This document shows positions 42,654 through 51,292 of a stretch of DNA of 64,000 nt, in pieces. Under the pieces are notes generated by a model. That model had not been told where the DNA came from. It saw only the letters and a program-made list of their open reading frames with translations, and made no database searches. Origin of the DNA: Vulcanimicrobiota bacterium (GTDB lineage Bacteria; Vulcanimicrobiota; Vulcanimicrobiia; Vulcanimicrobiales; Vulcanimicrobiaceae). Position 1 is the first letter of the stretch, and the number at the start of each line of letters is the position of its first letter. Both the position numbers and the translations under genes were made by a program. The stretch lies in contig CAWAXX010000012.1 in NCBI GenBank assembly GCA_963786105.1, positions 128,001-192,000 of the forward strand. Reading direction: 5' to 3'.

Positions 42654-43091
42654 CTAAAACGGTCCCGGCCCATCGCCGATTCCCGGTATTCCGGGAGGTC
42701 GCGTTATCGGCGCCGGCGTTATTGGTTTCGGCGTTCCCGGCGCCGGCGTTATCGGTTTTGGCGTTCCCGGCGCCGGCGTTATCGGTTTTGGCGTTCCTGG
42801 TGCCGGCGTTATCGGTTTTGGCGTTCCCGGAGCCGGCGTTATCGGTTTCGGCGTTCCCGGAGCCGGCGTTATCGGTTTTGGCGTTCCGGGCGCCGGCGTT
42901 ATCGGTTTGAGCCCAACGCCGCCCTTGAACGAGTCGATTATGGATTGGCCTATCCAGATATAGGTTGCGAAACCAGCTGCAAGAATACTGCCCAGCCAGA
43001 GCCAACCACCGACACCGCGCAGCGCCGCCGCACCGATGGCGCAAAGGACGGCGGCTCCGTAAAGCACGCCGATCCACTGATATCGGGTCAT
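42654..43091 (-). CDS. Two-TM membrane protein with mucin-like Pro/Thr repeat tail (KPITPAPGTP)x6 + KPITPAP
   Basis: Hydrophobic N-terminus; all repeat variants are synonymous in this frame. Confidence 0.8.
   Translation of the reverse strand: MTRYQWIGVLYGAAVLCAIGAAALRGVGGWLWLGSILAAGFATYIWIGQSIIDSFKGGVGLKPITPAPGTPKPITPAPGTPKPITPAPGTPKPITPAPGTPKPITPAPGTPKPITPAPGTPKPITPAPITRPPGIPGIGDGPGPF
42709..42908. repeat. 30-bp coding tandem repeat, about 6.7 copies
   Basis: Unit atcggttttggcgttcccggcgccggcgtt starting at 42721, 42751, 42781, 42811, 42841 and 42871, plus partial flanks. Confidence 0.97.
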
Positions 43092-43296
43092 GGCGTAGCC
43101 AAATGGGCGAACCGAAACTGCAGAGGTGCTGGGGAGAATGGGAGCATGCGTTTACCATTCGCTTTCTCGCACCGTATCGGTACGGCTCCATATTAGCGCG
43201 ACTAGGTGTTCTCGGCGATCACAACCGAACCTTTTGAACCAGCGCGTTGGGTCGGTCTTCGGATGCGCCGGCGAGGAGGCGTGAGTCGGTGGTGGG

Positions 43297-44334
43297 CTAC
43301 GTTACCGAGATACCGGCCCCAGAGCGGACGTCGCCGACGATCGACGCGAGCGCCCCGGCTGCGCGCAGTTCGCGCAAGAGCGGCTCGACGCGTGCGGGAG
43401 AGATTGCGATCAAAAGGCCGCCGGACGTCTGCGCGTCGGAAAGACCGATGCGAACGGCCTCGTCCACACTCGGCGCGAAGCTGGTAAACTCCGAATGCGT
43501 CTGCGCGTTATGAATCGTCCCGCCCGGCACGACTCCATTTTGAATCAGCGCTCGCACGCTCGACATGAACGGTACCGCGTTTGCATCGATCGAGATGCCT
43601 ACGCCCGACGCGCGTGCCATTCCGCCGGCGTGGCCGAGCAGGCCAAATCCGGTGATATCGGTCGCGGCATGCGCGCCGCACGACAGCATGGCGCGCGACG
43701 CGCCGGCGTTGAGCGCGGTCATCCAGCGCACGGCCTCTTCCAGGGCTGCATCGGAAATCATCCCGCGCTTTCGCGCCGTCGTCAGAACGCCGGTTCCTAG
43801 CGGTTTTGTCAGCACCAGTACGTCGCCGGGCCGCGCTTTTGCATTCGTCACGACGCGCGCGGGATCGATCGTGCCGGTCACCGCCATGCCGTATTTCGGT
43901 TCGGCGTCCTTGATCGTATGGCCGCCGAGTACGGCAACGCCGGCGTCGTGCGCAACCGCCGCGCCGCCGTCGAGAATCCGCGACAGAATCGTCAGATCGA
44001 GGTCTTCGGGGAACGCGGCGATGTTGAGCGCGGTGAGCGGCCGACCGCCCATGGCGTAGACGTCCGAAAAGGCATTCGTCGCGGCGATCCGCCCGAAGTC
44101 GAACGGGTCGTCGACGATGGGCGTAAAAAAATCGACGGTCTGGACGAGCGCGATTTGGTTGGTTATCAGGAATACGCCCGCGTCGTCGCCGGTCCGGTAC
44201 CCGACGAGCACGCGCGGGTCCGCCGCGCCGGTTCGGACGAGGCTCAAAACGTCACGGAGCTCGGCGGCTCCCAGCTTGGCGGCGCAACCTGCGCACGAGC
44301 TGAGATCGGTGAGGCGGATGCGCGCGGTGTCCAT
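43297..44334 (-). CDS. selD: Selenide, water dikinase (Cys-type)
   Basis: CAGCAAK, DDAGV, QTVDFFTP, SDVYAMGG, GGHT, TDITGFGL and DAQTSGGLL motifs. Confidence 0.95.
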   Translation of the reverse strand: MDTARIRLTDLSSCAGCAAKLGAAELRDVLSLVRTGAADPRVLVGYRTGDDAGVFLITNQIALVQTVDFFTPIVDDPFDFGRIAATNAFSDVYAMGGRPLTALNIAAFPEDLDLTILSRILDGGAAVAHDAGVAVLGGHTIKDAEPKYGMAVTGTIDPARVVTNAKARPGDVLVLTKPLGTGVLTTARKRGMISDAALEEAVRWMTALNAGASRAMLSCGAHAATDITGFGLLGHAGGMARASGVGISIDANAVPFMSSVRALIQNGVVPGGTIHNAQTHSEFTSFAPSVDEAVRIGLSDAQTSGGLLIAISPARVEPLLRELRAAGALASIVGDVRSGAGISVT

Positions 44335-44349
44335 AGAAAAGGTAGTTCC

Positions 44350-45519
44350 ATGAAGAAGGCGCTGCTTCTCCTCCCCGGCCCAGTGACCGTTGCGCAGCCC
44401 GTGCTCGAGGCAATGGCGCGCCCATTGATCAATCATCGCGACGCGGAGTTCGGCGAGCTGCTCGAGCGCGTCAAAAGCGCGATGGCGCCGGTCTTCGGCA
44501 CGCGACACGACGTGCTCGTCTGCGGTTCGTCGGGGACGGGCGGCCTCGAGGCGGCTCTCGTCAACTGTTTTTCACCCGGCGACGTGCTGCTTTCGTGCTC
44601 GGTCGGCGCTTTCGGCGAACGCTTTGCGACGATCGCGCGAACCTATGGTTGCATCGTGGAATCGCTCGAGACGCCTGCGGGCGCGGCTCTCGACCCGAGC
44701 GCGCTGGCCGCGCGTCTGGACGCCGACCGCGACCGCCGGATTGCGGGCATTTTGCTCACGCACAACGAGACCTCGACCGGCGTGCAGAACGACATGCGTG
44801 CGATCGCCCCCATCGTCGGCCGTCACGGTGCGCTCACGCTGGTCGATTCGATCAGCGGCCTGGGCGCGTCGGAGTTTCAAATGGACGAGTGGGGATACGA
44901 CGTCGTCGTCGCGGCTTCGCAGAAGGCCTTTGCGGCGCCGCCCGGTGTCGCGATGATCGCGATCGGCGAGCGGGCGTGGACGGCGATGGACACGGCGCGC
45001 ATCCCGCGCTTCTATTTCGACCTCCGGCGTGCGCGCGAGTCTAAGCGCGCGGGGCAGACGCCGTGGACGCCGCCGATCTCGATCCTGTGCGCGCTCGACG
45101 TGGCGCTGATGAGATACCACGCCGAAGGAATGGCGGCCGCGTGGGAACGCCACGAGCGGTATGCGCGCGCCGTGCGAGCGGGCTTAGAGGCGGTAGGTTT
45201 CACGATACTTTCCCAGCCGGATGCGCACTCGGTTACGGTCGTCGCCGCGTTTCCGCCGGAGGGAGTCTCCGCAGCGACGTTCCTGAAACATCTGCGCGAA
45301 CGCTACGGCGTCGTGCTTGCCGACGGTCAAGGCACGCTGAACGGTAAAATCGTGCGTTTCGGGACGATGGGCGACGTGCGCGAGGGCGATCTGCTGGGCG
45401 CTATCGGCGCGGTCGAGTTGGCATTGGCCGACTTGGAGGTCGCCGCTAACCCCGGTGCAGGTACTGCGGCCGCCATCGAGCGTCTCTCGACCGCTCGTTC
45501 CTTCGACTACGCTCGCTAA
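44350..45519 (+). CDS. Class V PLP aminotransferase (alanine-glyoxylate/serine-pyruvate type)
   Basis: LPGPV, HNETSTG, VDSISG and ASQKAF (PLP lysine) motifs. Confidence 0.9.
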   Translation: MKKALLLLPGPVTVAQPVLEAMARPLINHRDAEFGELLERVKSAMAPVFGTRHDVLVCGSSGTGGLEAALVNCFSPGDVLLSCSVGAFGERFATIARTYGCIVESLETPAGAALDPSALAARLDADRDRRIAGILLTHNETSTGVQNDMRAIAPIVGRHGALTLVDSISGLGASEFQMDEWGYDVVVAASQKAFAAPPGVAMIAIGERAWTAMDTARIPRFYFDLRRARESKRAGQTPWTPPISILCALDVALMRYHAEGMAAAWERHERYARAVRAGLEAVGFTILSQPDAHSVTVVAAFPPEGVSAATFLKHLRERYGVVLADGQGTLNGKIVRFGTMGDVREGDLLGAIGAVELALADLEVAANPGAGTAAAIERLSTARSFDYAR

Positions 45520-45541
45520 CGCGAGCTCCGCTCAGGATGAC
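45496..45541. repeat. REP-like palindromic element between convergent genes
   Basis: CCTTCGACTACGCTCGC-taac-GCGAGCTCCGCTCAGGATGAC; resembles the GTCATCCTGAGC..CGAAGG class of short repeats; single copy in the window. Confidence 0.5.
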
Positions 45542-46788
45542 AAGTCGCGAGCGGGCCATATGCCGATGGACGAGCCTACCCAAGTGTGCTGCTTGTTGTG
45601 ATCGACGCCCATCATTGAGCCGCGTGACAGACGGCAGAGGTTTTGCGCCAAAACGAACGTGGGTCGATCGTCGGGCCGCAAGTAAATCAGCCGCAACTCG
45701 ACTTTCACTCGCCCGCCGTCGGCCGCCTTGAGCACCGGCCCGTATTGGATCTTTTCTTGCAGGCACCACGCGCCGCGCCGGTCGGAGGGAATCGCGGAAA
45801 CGTCGCTTGCCGTCGGGGCGACGTTGACGCCGGCGCCGGCAAACGAAAAGAGCGGCTTGAGAACGCAGTTCTCCGAGAGGTTCGGCGGCAGCTCAACGGT
45901 TTCCGAAAGAAGCGTAGCCTTTGGAACCGCAGGGTGGTCGAGAAACGGCAGCGAGTACTTCGACCACATCCAAAACCAGTTGGGGTGCGGCGTCCACTCG
46001 ACGTCGAGGTCGTCGCGAAAATCGAACGGCAGCAAAACGTTGTTGCGTTCTAGTTCGTCGGCGATGACGCGATTATAGATGCGTTCGACGCGCACGTCCG
46101 CGCCGTCTTCGCGCTTGCGGTACAAGCGCCGCCCACGTTTAATCAAGTCGGTCGGACACACGGCTTCGATGCCGAAGAGCCGGCGCGAAGCAGTGAAATC
46201 GGGATATGTCTTTTGCGCCCTCGGGTGGAGATCCATCAGAATGACGTGTTCGGGAGCGTGGCTTCCTAAAATCACCTGTCGCGCCAACTCGAGAAAATCC
46301 GAACGCGTCAGTCCCGAAAACCACGATCGCCAGTCTACGTCGAGCCCGTCGATGCTTCGCAGGGCTTCGGCCCAGGCGTCGTGCTGCATGGTTTGGTAAG
46401 CGATGAGCGTGGGAAACCCTTGCAGCTCGATGAGCTTGGGGACGAGTTCTCCGCTCGCATCGACCGTCATCGCAAAATCGATCGCACAAAAAGTCGGCAA
46501 GCCGGCGTTGCCCGGCACGTCCCAGCGCGGCGGAACGGCCGCCTTCATGCGCTCGATGCGGACCGGATCGCAGAGCTGCTCTAGGATTTCCCGACCCGCG
46601 GTTTCGGCGCGCACGCGTAATTGCGCCGGCAGAAAGACCGGCGTTTGCGCGATCTGCATGTCGACCGGAGCGCCGCATCGGCGAGAAAAGTCGGCCAGGA
46701 AGCGGTGGTACAGCGCCTCGGAGTAGCCGGCGTTATAGAGTCGTCGAAATCGAGGGTCCACGGCGTGCTTTGTCGGTGCGAGTGGCAT
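45532..46788 (-). CDS. Circularly permuted ATP-grasp / glutathionylspermidine-synthase-like ligase
   Basis: CAIDF, PKLIELQGFP, IYNRVIADE, HPNWFWMWSK, VLKPLFSFAGAGV, LQEKI and VELR motifs; start at 46788 or 46761. Confidence 0.7.
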   Translation of the reverse strand: MPLAPTKHAVDPRFRRLYNAGYSEALYHRFLADFSRRCGAPVDMQIAQTPVFLPAQLRVRAETAGREILEQLCDPVRIERMKAAVPPRWDVPGNAGLPTFCAIDFAMTVDASGELVPKLIELQGFPTLIAYQTMQHDAWAEALRSIDGLDVDWRSWFSGLTRSDFLELARQVILGSHAPEHVILMDLHPRAQKTYPDFTASRRLFGIEAVCPTDLIKRGRRLYRKREDGADVRVERIYNRVIADELERNNVLLPFDFRDDLDVEWTPHPNWFWMWSKYSLPFLDHPAVPKATLLSETVELPPNLSENCVLKPLFSFAGAGVNVAPTASDVSAIPSDRRGAWCLQEKIQYGPVLKAADGGRVKVELRLIYLRPDDRPTFVLAQNLCRLSRGSMMGVDHNKQHTWVGSSIGIWPARDLSS

Positions 46789-47764
46789 CGATTGCGTCGC
46801 GAAGGCCCTCGCGCAGGAGAAATCCGAAAGAATATCCGGCCGACAGAAGCCGGCCGGTTTCGTTATGGTTTTGCCGATGCAGCGTGTCGACAAGCGACGC
46901 GCGGCTTTCGTACCAATCGCGAGTGACTTCGCCGCCGGCAAGTTTGCGTTCGAGTAGCGCCGCCAGCTCTAGTGCGTCCGGAATTTCCGGGTGGTGGTTC
47001 GAAGCGAAAATGCGTGGAACGCCGTTGGGCTTGCGAGCGAACTCGCACATCGTCAATGCTGCGCCCGCCGGATCGCCTCGACCGGGCGACTCGTACGCGA
47101 TAGGGGTAATTCCGGGCGGAAATAACCCGGTCGGAATCAGGTCGTAGTGTCGCGAGTCGACGACCGGCAAATGCCGGCCGTCGGGAAGCTGCGCTGCCAA
47201 CTGGGAGAACCACGGATGCGCCAACGCCTCCGGCGACAAGACGTTCTCGACGATTCCGATGCTGGGACCCCCTTTTTCGGCGGAGCGCACCGCGGGCTCG
47301 GCGACGCCCGACCATCGGCACAGCAGACCGAAGGTATGACAAACGCCGTACAGCATCGCGCCTTCGTCGCGGTTGACGGCGTCGTAGAATTCGAAGAGCG
47401 GCGCTTCCCAGCCGGCCGATTCGGCGATTTCGCCGGCGTCCACGTCGTCGCGGTGGTTCATGCGCGGATCGAGATGTCCCGGGCCGCCGGTACCGACGTA
47501 GATCGCGAGGCCGGACGGTTTCGGCGGGAGCAGAAAGCCGCGGCGTACGTCGTACGAAATCACGCGAATCGTCGCACCGGCCCGTTCCAAACTCGCGTCG
47601 GCGTCGGAGGCCAAGCGCCGGACGAGGCCGACGATCGAATCGTGTCCGGCGTTGTGCCACGCGTGATTCATGTCCAACAGGTGCACGTCGATGAAGGCCG
47701 CGTCGGGTTGCGGAATCTCGGCGCGCGTCGTGGGCCGAACGAATTCGAAGCGCGGCCGTTTCAC
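46733..47764 (-). CDS. Class I glutamine amidotransferase-like protein
   Basis: GGPG oxyanion strand, GVCHTFG nucleophile Cys, DSRHY and HHPE motifs. Confidence 0.75.
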   Translation of the reverse strand: MKRPRFEFVRPTTRAEIPQPDAAFIDVHLLDMNHAWHNAGHDSIVGLVRRLASDADASLERAGATIRVISYDVRRGFLLPPKPSGLAIYVGTGGPGHLDPRMNHRDDVDAGEIAESAGWEAPLFEFYDAVNRDEGAMLYGVCHTFGLLCRWSGVAEPAVRSAEKGGPSIGIVENVLSPEALAHPWFSQLAAQLPDGRHLPVVDSRHYDLIPTGLFPPGITPIAYESPGRGDPAGAALTMCEFARKPNGVPRIFASNHHPEIPDALELAALLERKLAGGEVTRDWYESRASLVDTLHRQNHNETGRLLSAGYSFGFLLREGLRDAIDATRTDKARRGPSISTTL

Positions 47765-48885
47765 GATGCGATGCCGTGTTCGGTTTCGGCGACGATGTAG
47801 TCGACGACCGCCGTCAGGCTGCCGGTTTCTTCGAACACCTTCAGTTGCCGGTCTGCGCCGGTTCGCCGCCGCAGGATCTCGTGCACGTAGTCCACCTCGT
47901 GGCGCGAGCCGAGGTCGTCGAGCACGTCGTCGATGAACTCGAGCAGTTCGGTGAGTAGCGACTCGGTCGGCAGTTCGATCCGCTTTCCCAAGTCGATCAA
48001 TTTCCCATCGATGCCCCAGCGCGCTGCGCGCTGCTTATTCTCGGCAATCAGCGAACGCCGGTAGAGGCGCCAACCCTGATTGCGGCTGTACAGCTGCCAC
48101 AACTTGTAGGTGACCGCTTGAAAGAGCGCCGCCAAACAGATGGTTTCGTCGATCCGCATAGGCACGTCGCAAATCCGGTACTCGAGCGTCGGGAAATAGG
48201 GATGCGGCCGGACGTCCCACCAGATTTTCTTGCCGTCGTCGATGCAGCCGCTCACGACCAGGGTCCGCACGAAGTCGTCGAACTCCGCGCCGGACCCGAA
48301 GTAGTCGGGGATGCCCGTCCTCGGAAAGCGCTCGAACACCTTCGCGCGGTAACTCTTCCAGCCGGTGTTCGTCCCGCACCAAAACGGCGAGTTGACCGAG
48401 AGCGCAAAAATATGCGGAAGGAAGTAACGCCCGGCATTCATCACGTGTATGCGCGTATCCGGATCTTCGACCGCGACGTGCACGTGCAGGCCGAAGATCA
48501 GATTGGCGCGCGCTACCATTTGGAGATCGTAAATCAGTCGCGCGTAGCGCTCGTTGTCGGTGATCGGAACGCTCGACCAGTGCGTAAACGGGTGCGTCCC
48601 GGCGGCCGCGACGCGCAGCCCGTTTTTGCGCACGAGACCGATGATTTCGGCGCGCAACTTGGTTACTTCCGCGCGCGCCTCTTGGACGTTTTTGCAGATG
48701 TTCGTGCCGACTTCGATGACGGGCTGATGCATTTCGCGCTTGATTTGATCGTGCAGGCGCAGTTCGCCCTGCGCAAACATCTCCTCTTGCAAGTGCGAGC
48801 GAAGCTCGCGCGTTTCCGGGTCGACGACCTGAAACTCTTCTTCGATGCCCAGCGTGAACGACGGGACCGCGGAGCCCTGCATCAT
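47761..48885 (-). CDS. Carboxylate-amine ligase (YbdK / GCS2 family)
   Basis: TLGIEEEFQ, AAGTHPF, FGLHVHV, NSPFW and WWDVRPHP..TLEYRICD motifs; ATGA coupling. Confidence 0.92.
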   Translation of the reverse strand: MMQGSAVPSFTLGIEEEFQVVDPETRELRSHLQEEMFAQGELRLHDQIKREMHQPVIEVGTNICKNVQEARAEVTKLRAEIIGLVRKNGLRVAAAGTHPFTHWSSVPITDNERYARLIYDLQMVARANLIFGLHVHVAVEDPDTRIHVMNAGRYFLPHIFALSVNSPFWCGTNTGWKSYRAKVFERFPRTGIPDYFGSGAEFDDFVRTLVVSGCIDDGKKIWWDVRPHPYFPTLEYRICDVPMRIDETICLAALFQAVTYKLWQLYSRNQGWRLYRRSLIAENKQRAARWGIDGKLIDLGKRIELPTESLLTELLEFIDDVLDDLGSRHEVDYVHEILRRRTGADRQLKVFEETGSLTAVVDYIVAETEHGIAS

Positions 48886-49847
48886 CGCGCCGCGGTCGCC
48901 GGCGAGCGATCCAGAAAGGCGGCCGGCCACCGCCCGGTGGTTTCGAACGGCCGCGGTTTGCGCACCCGGTCGATGAGCACCGCAGCCATCGTCTTGACGA
49001 CCCATTCGAAGTTTTCGTCGCCGACGGAATGACGGTCGGCGTCGGGAGCCGGGTTCATGAAATCGATGGCATACGGCACGCCGTCGCGAACGGCGAACTC
49101 GACCGTGTTCATATCGTACCCCAGCGCTTCGCACAGCGCCACGCCGTCGCGCCGCAACCGCGCGTCGAGCTGCGGGTCGATCGAGGGCGCGTTGCGCACG
49201 TACCGCTCGTGCATCGGCGCCCCCGGATCGTACGGCATGACCAGGACGTTCGAGCGTCCCAAGACGTAAAGCCGGAAGTACTGCGTGAAAGCGATCGCCT
49301 CTTGGGCCATCATGCAAAGATCGCGCGACGCGTCGTAGGCGGCGAAGAAGGCCTCGGGCGAGTCGCACTTATGCACGTCGCGCCATCCGCCCCCGTCGGC
49401 GGGTTTCATGAAGATCGGAAAGCCGAGATAGGCGAAAACTTCGTCCCACTCGACGAACCGCATGTTTCGAAACGACTGCGCTTGAGTTCCGCGCGGGCGT
49501 TCTTTCGGCGGAAGCAAGACGGTCTTAGGGACGGCGACCCCCAGCGATTCGGCGACGAGGTTGTTGAAAAACTTGTCGTCGGCGCAGGACCAAAAAGGGT
49601 TATTGATGACGACGGTGCCGCGAGCGGCGGCACACTTCAGGTACACGCGATAGAATTGAACGTCGTGGCTGATGCGATCGAGAATGGCCGCATAGTCGAA
49701 GGTCTGCCCGTCGCGCAAATAGGAAACGTCGACCGGACATCCCACGAACTCGCCGCCCGAAAGCGACGTCACCGCGTTCATCAGCGCCCACGGAAACGTA
49801 TCCTCCATTCCAAACAGAACGCCGACGTTCTTGGACTCGTTCGTCAT
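48882..49847 (-). CDS. RimK-like ATP-grasp ligase
   Basis: INNPF..ADDKF, VPKT, FMKPADGGGW, QEAI and TVEFAV..IDFMNP motifs. Confidence 0.8.
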   Translation of the reverse strand: MTNESKNVGVLFGMEDTFPWALMNAVTSLSGGEFVGCPVDVSYLRDGQTFDYAAILDRISHDVQFYRVYLKCAAARGTVVINNPFWSCADDKFFNNLVAESLGVAVPKTVLLPPKERPRGTQAQSFRNMRFVEWDEVFAYLGFPIFMKPADGGGWRDVHKCDSPEAFFAAYDASRDLCMMAQEAIAFTQYFRLYVLGRSNVLVMPYDPGAPMHERYVRNAPSIDPQLDARLRRDGVALCEALGYDMNTVEFAVRDGVPYAIDFMNPAPDADRHSVGDENFEWVVKTMAAVLIDRVRKPRPFETTGRWPAAFLDRSPATAAR

Positions 49848-49941
49848 TGCGGTTCCCTCCGTTGTTCCGGCTCGCCGGGCGTCTGTGATTCAAGAGGGCT
49901 GCGCGTAGGTCCCTCGCAGGGGTGCGGCGTACCGCGCCCTG

Positions 49942-50649
49942 ATGGTCCGTCAACACGAATCGTGGGTGAGCCCTGCGCTCGGGCGTCCCATGGAGTTTCT
50001 CCGATTCGGCGACCGAGGCTTTGGGGTCATCATGTTTCCGACATCGATGGGCAGCTTCCACCAGTACGAAGACATGAACACCGTGGGGTGGCTCGCCGAT
50101 AAGGTCGAAGAAGGCTTTATCCAGCTCTTTTGCGTCGATTCCGTGGATGCCGAAAGCTGGTACAACGAGCAGGTACCGCCCGCGCTCCGCGCGCAGCGCC
50201 ACGCTCAATACGACCGCTATTTGCGCGAGGAAATGGTTCCGCACGTTCAAGCGGCCACCGGCCGCAACGATCTCGGCGTTTTCGGGTGCAGCTTCGGCGG
50301 CTATCATGCCGCGAATTTTGCCGCCCGCTACCCGGGCATCGTCACCAAGGCCGTCTGCTTCTCGGGCATTTACGACGTCCACCAGTTCCTCGACGGATAC
50401 TGGGACGACACGTGCTATTTCAACTGCCCGACCGCGTACGTTCCGAACATGGACGCCGAGTGGGTTTCCCGGCTTTGCCAAGTGCAGTGGACGATCGCGA
50501 CCGGCGAATACGATTCGCTGGTCGACGACAACCGCCAATTCTCGGCGCTCCTATCCGGTCGCGGCATCCCCAACTATTGCGAAATTTGGCCGGGAGTCTT
50601 CGGCCACGACTGGCGATGGTGGAACGAAAACGCCCGCCGATTTTATTAA
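49942..50649 (+). CDS. Putative esterase (alpha/beta hydrolase)
   Basis: FPTSMG, GCSFGG nucleophile elbow and GHDWRWW motifs. Confidence 0.85.
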   Translation: MVRQHESWVSPALGRPMEFLRFGDRGFGVIMFPTSMGSFHQYEDMNTVGWLADKVEEGFIQLFCVDSVDAESWYNEQVPPALRAQRHAQYDRYLREEMVPHVQAATGRNDLGVFGCSFGGYHAANFAARYPGIVTKAVCFSGIYDVHQFLDGYWDDTCYFNCPTAYVPNMDAEWVSRLCQVQWTIATGEYDSLVDDNRQFSALLSGRGIPNYCEIWPGVFGHDWRWWNENARRFY

Positions 50650-50749
50650 GTAGGAGCATCGTATCGCGCTTCTTGCAATGGGGCCGAAGGCCGGGGGCCC
50701 CGTCGGTTTTACCGACGGGGGGCGAGGAGCGCGAAGCGCGGATTCGCCT

Positions 50750-51292
50750 TTACAAAGAGTGGTGCTCGAACAGCGGGACCACTAAGGGGCGGGCGAACTC
50801 CGGTATCGTGTTTTCGATCGCGGTGTCGACGGCACCGTCGAACATCGTGAACGACGGTACGAGACGCGAGGCTTTCAGGCTTGACCGAATCGGCGGCGTC
50901 AGCGGAAAGAAGAGTGCGACGAAGAGGATGAGCCATACGAGGATTGCCCCTTTGGCAAATCCCACGAGTGCGCCCGCAATGGCATTCCCCGTGCCGAGGA
51001 TCGGCAACCTGGCGAGGCGTTTGAGAATCGACGCCGCAACGAGAACGACGACGTACGCGAAGATTCCGGTCAGCACCATGCCCGCCACGTGCGCCGGACC
51101 GGAGCCGAGTTTCGTGTAAGCCTCGATTTGGGCGTCGGCGCTGCCGTTGTAAAACCACGGCGCGATCAGCGCCGCCGCAATCGCGACAACGCCACCAAGC
51201 TCGGACACAAATCCGCGTGAAAAGCCCTTGAAGGTCGCGGCGGCGATCACCAAAACGACGACGATATCCGGCCAGGCGAAGCCGCCGATCAC
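50750..51292 (-). CDS. CvpA (colicin V production) family membrane protein
   Basis: D..........GFSRGFVSE and GALVGFAKG motifs; coupled to the pheT stop. Confidence 0.8.
   Translation of the reverse strand: MIGGFAWPDIVVVLVIAAATFKGFSRGFVSELGGVVAIAAALIAPWFYNGSADAQIEAYTKLGSGPAHVAGMVLTGIFAYVVVLVAASILKRLARLPILGTGNAIAGALVGFAKGAILVWLILFVALFFPLTPPIRSSLKASRLVPSFTMFDGAVDTAIENTIPEFARPLVVPLFEHHSL

Noticed and set aside
42709..42908. Possible CRISPR array (30-bp repeats)
   Set aside because: Units are head-to-tail with no spacers, the length is a multiple of 3 inside an ORF, and no cas genes are nearby
42553..43191. Alternative ORF with TDNAGAGNAK repeats (and the plus-strand PALSVLAFP ORF)
   Set aside because: Repeat variation is non-synonymous in these frames but synonymous in 42654-43091, which also has a sensible TM N-terminus
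44280..44300. Selenocysteine (UGA) in the SelD active site
   Set aside because: The motif is encoded as CAGCAAK with Cys codons and has no in-frame TGA
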